From Armatimonadota bacterium (GTDB taxonomy: Bacteria; Armatimonadota; Zipacnadia; Zipacnadales; UBA5352), in the NCBI GenBank assembly GCA_034722055.1, contig JAYENL010000163.1, positions 11,511 through 33,773 of the forward strand: DNA of 22,263 bases, read 5' to 3'. Below, piece by piece: positions 1-7,424 of this stretch. Numbering within the stretch: the stretch's first letter is position 1; each line of letters opens with the position of its first letter. Made by a program: the position numbers and the translations under genes. Below the pieces are notes generated by a model. The model was given only the letters and a program-made list of their open reading frames with translations. It made no database searches and was not told where the DNA came from.

Positions 1-2
1 AG

Positions 3-74
3 CCGAACGTCACCCCCGGCTCCGAGCGCCCGCCGGAGGAGCTCGCCGATCTGATTGACGACACTGTCTCCTGA
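3..74 (+). CDS. Probable 3' end of an upstream CDS (PNVTPGSERPPEELADLIDDTVS*), function unknown
   Basis: Open frame from the window edge to TGA at 72-74 with mostly GC3-rich codons; too short to assign a family. Confidence 0.35.
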   Translation, partial: PNVTPGSERPPEELADLIDDTVS

Positions 75-245
75 TTCCTGGCGGGCCCGGATCGAGTGTG
101 CAACGCAGCAGATCGCGTGCACGCCAGACAGTGAGCCAGCGGCTGGCCGCGTCAACGCCAGTGACGCTGCGCAGTTTCTCTCCGTACCCCGCTTCGGCCG
201 CCCTCGTCCGCAGAACCTGTCGCGGCCTGTCTCAGCATTCCCATG

Positions 246-265
246 AGCATCTTGACTCAGATGCT
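246..265. promoter_or_regulatory. Palindromic operator candidate overlapping the -35 box
   Basis: Perfect 7-bp inverted repeat AGCATCT-TGACTC-AGATGCT. Confidence 0.5.
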
Positions 266-280
266 TCGCTATGATACGCT
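252..280 (+). promoter_or_regulatory. Sigma70-type promoter for the DGC-DGC-MIP operon
   Basis: TTGACT (252-257), 17-bp spacer, TACGCT (275-280) preceded by extended -10 TG (272-273); AT-rich patch; strong SD AAGGAGG before ATG 337. Confidence 0.6.
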
Positions 281-336
281 TTGATGCGATATAACCAGAG
301 CCAATACGGTTTGCTGAGGGTGAAGGAGGACGCGGG

Positions 337-759
337 ATGGACGAGCCGGACGCGCATGGCGGTGTCGGACTGCTTGTCTGCGGGGGGATCGGCCGCATCG
401 TATCGACCGTGGTCCGGCAGGCGGCCTACATGGTTGCCGGTGACCGGCCCGACAGCGTGGTGCTCGTCTCCAGCGGGTCGCTGACCGGCGAGGTGGCGGA
501 GGCGCTGGAGACCGCCCGCAGTCTCCCGCTAATCGCGGTTGACGCATGTGAGGAGCGGTGCGCCTCGGCGCTTGTGGAGGGCAGGGGCCTGAAGGCCGAG
601 GAGATCATCTGGCTGCCTCGAGTGTCGGCCAAACACCGGCTGTCCATCAGGGGTGAGGACCGCAAGGGCCTCAGCGAGAAGGGAATGCGCCTCGCTCGGG
701 CACTGGCGGACGAGATCATCGAACGGGTGGATGCGGTGGCGTCCGGGGAGGGAGACTGA
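337..759 (+). CDS. DGC-family putative zinc-binding protein
   Basis: N-terminal VCGGIGR...RQAAY and IAVDACEERCA (DGC-like D-x-C-x3-C motif); 140 aa; good SD; stop overlaps next start (TGATG). Confidence 0.75.
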   Translation: MDEPDAHGGVGLLVCGGIGRIVSTVVRQAAYMVAGDRPDSVVLVSSGSLTGEVAEALETARSLPLIAVDACEERCASALVEGRGLKAEEIIWLPRVSAKHRLSIRGEDRKGLSEKGMRLARALADEIIERVDAVASGEGD

Positions 760-1166
760 TGGCCGCCAGGCGCGTGTGTGTCCAGCCGTGTCTGGGCATC
801 AACATCCCGGAGGCCACGGTGGGCCGACAGGCAAGCTATCTGGCGCACGAGATGCTTCTGGGCCCGGAATGCAGCGACCTCGGCTGCTCGCCGGCGCTCT
901 ACGCCGACGTGCAGGAGGACGTGGACTTCATCCTCGAGGACCTGGTCATCGCCGTGGAGTCCTGCGAGCGGGCGTGTGCCACCAAGCTGGTTCGTGACAA
1001 GGGCGGTGAGGTGCACGCGACCATCCGCGTGCAGGAGGTGCTGGCGGAGGAGGGCATCGATGCCGCTGGGCTTCCCCGCGAGCACCTGGAGCTTGATCAT
1101 CCGGCCGTGGCGGCGGTCGCCCGGCGTATTGCCATCGAGGCCGAGCGGCTGCTGGGGTCGGAGTGA
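759..1166 (+). CDS. DGC-family putative zinc-binding protein (paralog)
   Basis: QPCLGI...GRQASY, LGCSPAL and VIAVESCERACATKLV motifs; 135 aa; translationally coupled to the previous gene. Confidence 0.75.
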   Translation: MAARRVCVQPCLGINIPEATVGRQASYLAHEMLLGPECSDLGCSPALYADVQEDVDFILEDLVIAVESCERACATKLVRDKGGEVHATIRVQEVLAEEGIDAAGLPREHLELDHPAVAAVARRIAIEAERLLGSE

Positions 1167-1172
1167 TTGGCA

Positions 1173-2086
1173 ATGAGACGGCCTCCCTTGATCGGCGAGA
1201 TGATCGCGGAGGCGCTGGGCTCCTTCGTTCTGGTCTTCTTCGGCACCGGATCGGTGGCGGTGGCCGTGCTGACCGGAGCGCATGTGGGCCTGTGGCAGGT
1301 GGCGAGCGTGTGGGGGTCGGCATTGCGCTGGCCATCTACGCGGTGGGAGCCATCAGCGGCGCGCACATCAATCCGGCGGTGACGGTGGCGGTGGCCGTCT
1401 TCCGCCGCGACGAGTTCCCGGCGCGGAAGATCGCACCCTACATCCTGGCGCAGATGATCGGCGGTCTCCTCGCCTCCCTGGCGCTGCTGGGGATGTTCAA
1501 CGGCACCTGCCGGCACTTCGAGGCCACTCACTCCCCGCCCATCGTCCGCGGGGAGCCCGGCAGCCAGCTCTCCGCCATGTGGTTCGGCGAGTACTTCCCC
1601 AACCCAGCCGTCTACGGCACCGACGCCGAGGCCATGGCCCAGGTGACCCCGACGGTGGCGTTTGCAGGCGAGGCGGTGGGCACAGCCTTCCTGGTGTTCT
1701 TCATCCTGGCCCTGACCGACCGCACGAACCGCCTGGCGCCGGACGCGGTACGCCTCCACCCGCTGTTCATCGGCTTCACGGTGACCGCGGTCATCGCGAT
1801 CGTCGCGCCGCTGACGCAGGCGGGCCTCAACCCCATGCGGGACCTGGCACCGAGGGTGGTGGCCTACATCGCCGACTGGGGAGAGATTGCCTTCCCCGGA
1901 CCCCGCGGCGTGGAGTGGTGGCTGTACATCGTGGCGCCGATCGTCGGGGGCCTGGTGGGTGGCGCCGTCTACCACTGGGGCGTGCTCCCCTATCAGGTGG
2001 CCGAACGGGACCAAGCGCGTCAGCCGGCCTGGCCCTGGGAGGGCCCCGAGCCCGCGGCCGAGCAGAGCACCATCAGCCAGGACTGA
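1173..2086 (+). CDS. MIP family channel (GlpF-type aquaglyceroporin), with a single-base frameshift at ~1311-1316
   Basis: N-terminus IAEALGSFVLVFFGTGSVAVA...VASVWG lies in one frame and continues as VGIALAIY...ISGAHINPAVT...GLNPMRDLAPR in another; one extra G in the TGGGGG run restores a full-length protein. Confidence 0.9.
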
Positions 2087-2163
2087 GCATCCAGAGACAA
2101 GCGGCAGCGGCGGGGCCGACACCAGCCGCTTGTCCTCCCACCGGGGAACTGCACGCATGAGGC

Positions 2164-2202
2164 CCTTATAGGAAACCTTACAATCACTGGCGCTGCTATG
2201 TT
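2164..2202 (+). promoter_or_regulatory. Candidate promoter with direct-repeat transcription factor site
   Basis: CCTTATA (2164-2170) and CCTTACA (2176-2182) direct repeat, then extended -10 TG-C-TATGTT (2194-2202); AT-rich island in a GC-rich background. Confidence 0.35.
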
Positions 2203-2322
2203 AGGGTAGTGCCCAGGAGCCTATGCCCCTTGGCAGACGAAAACGCGGGGTTAGCGTCGCTTGGGCCCTAATATGGATCGCCGGAACCATATTGCACTTC
2301 CGGGACGTTTACAACTGCGAGA

Positions 2323-2456
2323 AGCGGCCGGGTCCGGCCCGAAAAAGGGGCCTGCCAGTGAACATTCCGGTGACGGATGAACGTCGGTAGGCCTGATAGA
2401 TGCCCCCGCAACTTCATGGCGACAGGCGTGTCGCGGGGGCAAACAGACCCGAAGCT
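2323..2456 (+). other. Candidate structured 5' leader RNA (unassigned)
   Basis: Closing stem CGGGTC(2329-2334)/GACCCG(2446-2451); internal stems GGCCTGCC/GGTAGGCC with a TCCG-GTGA-CGGA GNRA hairpin, and TGCCCCCGC(2401-2409)/GCGGGGGCA(2433-2441). Confidence 0.25.
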
Positions 2457-2462
2457 GGTGTC

Positions 2463-2828
2463 ATGACGAGACTGCGCCGGATCGCAATCATGCTGCTGGT
2501 GACGCTCTTCGCCGCCCAGACGGTGGCAGCGGCGGCGGGGGGCTGCGAAGATCCGCAGCAGCGCCTGGCGGACGATGCCTGCGCATGCTGTGACGGCGCG
2601 GTCCAGAACGATCGGCACGACTGCGGCTGCTACCACGGTTCCACCGATCCGGCAACCCGGCCGGCTCCCGACGTGCAGTCGCCGCCGCTCACCGCCATAT
2701 CTTTGCCCACGGCGACATTCCCCGCCCGACCGAAGCCCCAGCGGCTGACGGTCGAGGAGACGCTCCCAGTGCCCGCATCCCCCTCCCTGCGGGCATGTCA
2801 CGTCAGAGCCCCTCCGATCCTCTGGTAG
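2463..2828 (+). CDS. Secreted Cys/His-containing leader protein with C-terminal RAPP arrest motif (DUF2946/CruR/CutF-like architecture)
   Basis: Signal peptide MTRLRRIAIMLLVTLFAAQTVAAA; CACC and HDCGCYH motifs; Pro-rich linker; ends VRAPPILW*; lies upstream of metal-handling genes. Confidence 0.75.
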   Translation: MTRLRRIAIMLLVTLFAAQTVAAAAGGCEDPQQRLADDACACCDGAVQNDRHDCGCYHGSTDPATRPAPDVQSPPLTAISLPTATFPARPKPQRLTVEETLPVPASPSLRACHVRAPPILW

Positions 2829-2969
2829 TGCCTCCCGGGTCGCTGCGCGCGTATCGGTGCTGCTGCGACCTCCCTTTTCCTGACGGACACTGACCCACAT
2901 AGCACCTGAGCACTGGCTGTACACCGAGTGTGTGTCGTCATGCGCGCTCTTCAGGGAGGTAGTACTATG
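2826..2969 (+). promoter_or_regulatory. SD-sequestering intergenic RNA structure (translational attenuator candidate)
   Basis: ACCTCCCT (2868-2875) is the perfect complement of SD AGGGAGGT (2953-2960); inner stem TGACGGACAC/GTGTCGTCA; second anti-SD CCTCCC (2831-2836); competing GGTCGC(2838-2843)/GCGACC(2865-2870). Confidence 0.55.
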
Positions 2970-4408
2970 TCATCTTCTCGACCTGCTCTGTTAGCGTTGA
3001 TCTGCGCCCTGCTCCTGGTCCCTGCGAGTGGCGCAATCGGCGCCGAGTCTGCCTGTGAGGGCTGCGGACTGACGCACGAGGCACCGATCCACGGCGGCCT
3101 AATTACCCTCACTGACTGGACCACCAACGAAACGCATTCCTACCAGAGCCTGGCGTGCGCCATCGACGCGATGCGCAGCCGCTACCCGTGGTCGCGAGCG
3201 CGGTGGGCCGACCCGGGCGGACGGACGCTGGTTCTGACCCGCACCGACGACGGCTGGGAGGCCTCTCCGCCGCAGGCCGTCGCCATCTCGGTAGAGGGCT
3301 CCGACTGCCAGTCCGTGGTGGCATTCGCCGGCCTCGAGGGTCTGCGGAGCTGGAGGGTCGGCCTCGGCGGCGTCGCCCACTCTGAGCCCCTGGATCTGGC
3401 AGCCTTTGCGGCACCTGCTCGGACATCCCCGAGCGACGCGCGGTTCGCCGACGTTCCGGGTGACCACTGGGCGAGCGAGGCCGTGGCAGTCTCGGCGAAG
3501 ACGGGCCTGCTCAGCGGCGATCCCGACGGCAGCTTCAACGGCGACCGCGAGGTCAGCCGCTACGAGATGGCCGTCATCCTGCAGCGGCTGCTGGCCCGCT
3601 TGAACCCTCGTAGCGCGGCGGGACAGCCACCGGCTGAGGAGGTTACCGACGCCATCCGCGCGGAGCTGCACAGCAGCGGCGCCACCGACGACCAGGCGGA
3701 GGAGATCGTCCACCTCATCGCCAGCCGCGACGTCCCCACGCCACCGTCGGTCAGCAGCGGTGCCGCCGAGTGGCCGGATGTCCCACGGAGCCACTGGGCC
3801 GCCGGGGCGGTTGAGTTCGCCACCGGGACCGGCCTGATGAACGGCTACCCGGACGGGCGGTTCCGCGGCGATGAGGCGCTGTCGCGGTACGAGGTGGCGG
3901 TCATCCTGAAGCGGCTGGTGGAGCGACTGCAGATCGTGGCCGAGGGCCCCCTCCCGGCGCGGCCGGCGTCCTCCAGCGTGGGCGAGGCACCGCCTGCCGT
4001 TCCTGAGCCGCCGGCGACACAGCCGGAGCCGGAGACGCCCGAGCAGGCGGCGCTCCGGAGGCTGCAGGAGGCCGGCTTCACCATCGAGCAGGCCCAGAAG
4101 GCCCTGCGGGCGCTGCAGGGCCGCGAGCGCCCGGCAAGTCCGCCCTCGCAGACTCAGACTGAGGGGTTCGCACAGGCGACGGCCACGCCCGGGGCCGCGG
4201 AGCCGCAAGCGCCTCCGCGCCGCCTCTTCAGCCCCCGTACGACGACGCCCGGCCTGCTGGGCCAGTCCGGTCTGCTGCGGACTCCCGCCGCCGACACCCC
4301 GGCCGCAGGCTCTGTGTCGATCTCGGCGGCCACACTCTCCGACGGCGACGACCGCGTCCTGAGCGCCACCTTCGCGCCAGATGACGCCACCGAGATCACG
4401 GCCAGCAT
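2967..4408 (+). CDS. Secreted S-layer homology (SLH) domain protein with N-terminal NosL/MerB-like Cys domain and start of a YjbH-like domain; 3'-truncated by fusion to cusA
   Basis: SD GGGAGGT and signal peptide; CEGCG...YQSLACA...DCQSVVAF; two SLH repeats (FADVPGDHWA...SRYEMAVILQRL; WPDVPRSHWA...SRYEVAVILKRL); GLLGQSGLLRTPAAD motif; frame reads through to a stop at 4496 inside cusA sequence. Confidence 0.8.
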
Positions 4409-5072
4409 CAGCTCGGCCCCGACGCTACCGGCGTCGGCTGGGGCTTCCAGTATGCGCTGGTGGACCATACCGGCACGCACGACGTGGAGGAGATGACGGC
4501 CTTCCAGGACTGGTACCTGCGCTACTGGCTGTCATCGGTGGATGGCGTGGCTGAGGTCGCCACAGTCGGCGGCTACAAGAAGCAGTATCAGGTGACGCTG
4601 GAGCCCGAGAAGCTCCTGGCGCACAGTCTCCCGGTGAGCAGGGTCATCGCTGCCATCCGTGACAGCAACAGCGAGGTGGGCGGGCGCACGCTGGAGATGG
4701 CGGGACGAGAGTACTTCATCCGGGGGCGGGCCTACATCGACGACCCCGAGGAGCTGGAGACAGTCACTGTCGGTTTCGACGGCGACGGGACACCGGTGCA
4801 CCTGCGCGATGTCGCCCGGGCTGCTGCCGCTGATGTTCGGGCACGGCACAGGCGCGGATGTAGCCAAGCGCATCGCGGCGCCCATGGTGGGCGGCCTGTT
4901 GACATCGACGATCCTGACGCTGGAGATCATCCCGGCGATCTACAGTCTCTGGCGCCAGCGTCACCTGCCGCATGAGAGGCATCAGCCCGCACCCGGCGAC
5001 GCGCCCGCCGGCAAGGCAATCGACGGCGCGACGACCGACACTGATGATCGCACTGAAGACCCGACACACTGA
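4409..5072 (+). pseudogene. cusA: CusA/CzcA heavy-metal RND efflux permease, two remnant fragments
   Basis: 4409-4816 encodes QLGPDATGVGWGFQYALVD...FQDWYLRY...GVAEVATVGG...PVHLRDVA; 4818-5072 in another frame encodes the C-terminus GLLPLMFGHGTGADVAKRIAAPMVGGLLTSTILTLEIIPAIY; the N-terminus and most of the middle are absent. Confidence 0.9.
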
Positions 5073-5092
5073 CCTGAAAGGAGGACGCGACA

Positions 5093-5740
5093 ATGATCAG
5101 GAGGATCGCGACTGCAGGGGTGCTGCTGGCACTCGTGGGCGGGACCGCTGGGGCGGACGCGAACGCAGAGTGGACCGTCATCGGTGACGGCTATGTGCCT
5201 CGGGACACCATGCCCCAAGTGGCGACAAGCGCCTCCCCCCAGGAGCTGCGCGGGGATAGCCCCTGGCTCGCTGTGGAGGATGGCTACGTCATGCAGCGCC
5301 CGACGCGTGAGATGCCGCAAAGCGAGACGCTGGCGTTCCCAGCCGACGCCGAGAGCGCGCCCGCCATCCGGCGGATGGCACGGGGCGAGGTGTCGGCGGC
5401 TCCCAACCGCTGCGCCGGAACCATGCGTGAGGCGCTCGGCTGGGGTCTGGGCGATGCGCACCAGTGGACGGCGCTGCCATCGCGCGGATACTCGGCACGT
5501 CCGCCCGGGGCCACGGCCCGGCCCGGCGACATCGTGGTGTGGCCCTTCACCTACGGGCGGCGCAACAGCCAGCATGTCGGCATTGCAGCGGGCACTGAAG
5601 CGGGAACCATGCTGCTGTCAAACCTCAACGGCGACCTGGGACTGACGCCTCTGCTGCCTGGCTATCGGGCGTTCTGGAAGCCTGCCGTTCGCGGCGGGGC
5701 GCGCTCCGGGTTATCAGCAGGATCCCAACGCCGAGGATAG
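5093..5740 (+). CDS. Secreted CHAP/NlpC-P60-like cysteine amidase/peptidase
   Basis: SD AAAGGAGG; signal peptide; NRCAGT (Cys), GDAHQW, RPGDIVVW, QHVGI (His), LLSNL motifs. Confidence 0.65.
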   Translation: MIRRIATAGVLLALVGGTAGADANAEWTVIGDGYVPRDTMPQVATSASPQELRGDSPWLAVEDGYVMQRPTREMPQSETLAFPADAESAPAIRRMARGEVSAAPNRCAGTMREALGWGLGDAHQWTALPSRGYSARPPGATARPGDIVVWPFTYGRRNSQHVGIAAGTEAGTMLLSNLNGDLGLTPLLPGYRAFWKPAVRGGARSGLSAGSQRRG

Positions 5741-5968
5741 CGCGACCCCAGTCCTTCTACGTCCCGGGCGTCAGCCACAAGGGTCCCGGCCCAGGCGAGG
5801 TGATGTCGCGGGTCACTCGTGCTCACTCTGATGGGGTCCAATGCAATCGAGTGACAGTCCGAAGCACATCGGCGGGCCGTCAGCGCTGTGCACAGGAAGA
5901 CCGCACATGCAGCCCCCTTGCCCGATTCGTCGGACAGGGCGGAACGATTGAGCACTGCTTGAAGTCCG

Positions 5969-6185
5969 TCAGAAGTGACAGGCGCCGACGCCGCGCCTCG
6001 CGAAGTAGTCCTGATGGTACTCCTCGGCCGGCCAGAACGTGGGCGCGGGCGCGATCTGCGTGGCGATCTGGCGCCGGTACTCACCGGACGAATCCAGCTC
6101 GCTCTTCATCTTCTCAGCGGCTCGCTTCTGGTCCTCATCGTGGTAGAAGATCACAGAGCGGTACTGATCGCCGATGTCCGGTCCC
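5969..6185 (-). pseudogene. msrA: Peptide methionine sulfoxide reductase MsrA, C-terminal fragment only
   Basis: [15 protein letters not shown]...[12 protein letters not shown]...GACHF; catalytic GCFW N-terminus is missing and the sequence switches to the opposite-strand gene at ~6185. Confidence 0.85.
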
Positions 6186-7410
6186 GGATGCGGCAGGGGC
6201 GCCGTTCCTCCGACAGCTCGGCAAGAGCTTCGCCCTGGTCGCCATCACCATCCTCGCTCTGCAAGCTCTGCTGGCCGGCCGCCTGAAGCCGGTCTGTGAG
6301 CAGTACGGGCTGGACATGGTGTTGCGCTTCCACAAGTCAATGGCCGTGCTGTCGCTGGTACTTCTGGTCGCCCACCCGGTTCTACTTTCACTCAGCGCCG
6401 GAAGCTGGAACCTGATCACCTCACTCGACCTGCCCTGGTACATCATTTTCGGCAAGATCGCTCTGCTGCTGGTCATTCAGGGCATCACGAGCATCTGGCA
6501 GCGCCGGCTTCTCGACTTCCAGACCTGGCGCGTACTGCACAATGTCGCCCCCGGCATCCTCGTGCTGGTTTTCGTGCACAGTTGGATGGCCGGCGGCGAC
6601 CTGCAGGCCACTCCCATGCGCGTGCTGTGGGTGGCCCTCTTCGCGATAGCGGTAGTCGCTTATTCGGCGCACAAGTTTGTCGGCCCGATCTCGCGCAAGT
6701 CCAACCTCTGGACCGTGAAGTCCGTCTCTCAGGAGACCCACGACGTATACACGCTGGAGTTCGAGCCGCCCGAGGGATCCCAGCCGCTGCAGTACAACCC
6801 CGGGCAATTCCAGTTCCTCACGCTCTACCGCGACGACCGCTACGATGGGGAGGAGCACCACTTCACGATCTCCTCCAGCCCCTCCTCCGGCCCCACACAC
6901 ACCTCCACCATCAAGAACAGCGGCGACTTCACCGCCACCATCGGCGAGACCGAGCCCGGCGACAGGGCCATGATCCAGGCGCCGTTCGGACGCTTCAGCT
7001 ATGCCATCAACGCCCCTGACGACCGCTATCTGTTCATCGCCGGCGGCATCGGCATCACGCCGCTGATGGCCATGTTGCGGCACATGCGTGACGAGGGCGC
7101 CGACTGCGAGGTCACGCTGCTTTTCGGCAACAAGACCGAAGATGACATCGTCTTCCGGGACGAGCTTCACGCCATCGCGGTCGGCGAGACGCCCAACCTG
7201 TCCGTGGTGCACGTGCTCTCACAGGGGCAGTGGGAGGGGGAGACGGGATACATCGACCGTGACCTCATCTCCCGCTACGTCGGGGACGATCTCTCCGGCA
7301 TGTCCATCTACCTGTGCGGCCCCGAGGCGATGATGGACACGCTGATCCCGGAGCTACTTGACATAAACGCCAATCAGAATCGCCTGTATAGCGAACGCTT
7401 CTGGCTCTGA
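6181..7410 (+). CDS. Ferric reductase-like transmembrane domain + FAD/NAD(P)H-binding (FNR-type) oxidoreductase, 5'-truncated
   Basis: Four TM His (RFHK, VAHP, VLHN, FVHS); [43 protein letters not shown] and terminal ERF motifs; no native start or SD visible. Confidence 0.85.
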   Translation, partial: VPDAAGAPFLRQLGKSFALVAITILALQALLAGRLKPVCEQYGLDMVLRFHKSMAVLSLVLLVAHPVLLSLSAGSWNLITSLDLPWYIIFGKIALLLVIQGITSIWQRRLLDFQTWRVLHNVAPGILVLVFVHSWMAGGDLQATPMRVLWVALFAIAVVAYSAHKFVGPISRKSNLWTVKSVSQETHDVYTLEFEPPEGSQPLQYNPGQFQFLTLYRDDRYDGEEHHFTISSSPSSGPTHTSTIKNSGDFTATIGETEPGDRAMIQAPFGRFSYAINAPDDRYLFIAGGIGITPLMAMLRHMRDEGADCEVTLLFGNKTEDDIVFRDELHAIAVGETPNLSVVHVLSQGQWEGETGYIDRDLISRYVGDDLSGMSIYLCGPEAMMDTLIPELLDINANQNRLYSERFWL

Positions 7411-7424
7411 CGGGAGGCAGCACC

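Noticed and set aside
757..761. Selenocysteine readthrough at the TGA of the first DGC gene
   Set aside because: The TGA falls at the natural C-terminus and overlaps the next ATG; it does not align with a Cys position
1311..1316. Phase-variable poly-G switch in the MIP gene
   Set aside because: A G5/G6 tract is too short for typical slipped-strand phase variation; error or point mutation is more parsimonious
2391..2445. Hammerhead ribozyme or NiCo riboswitch (CTGATAGA...GGCAAACAG)
   Set aside because: Core motifs CUGANGA/GAAA and CUGAGCAG are not matched
2341..2456. Cobalamin riboswitch suggested by TGCCCCCGCAACT
   Set aside because: No following GT, no GGGAA...AATCC core, no B12-box, and no B12 genes downstream
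5800..6180. N-terminal extension of the 536-aa ORF 5800..7410
   Set aside because: It is the antisense read-through of msrA and intergenic DNA; Arg/Ser-rich and not protein-like
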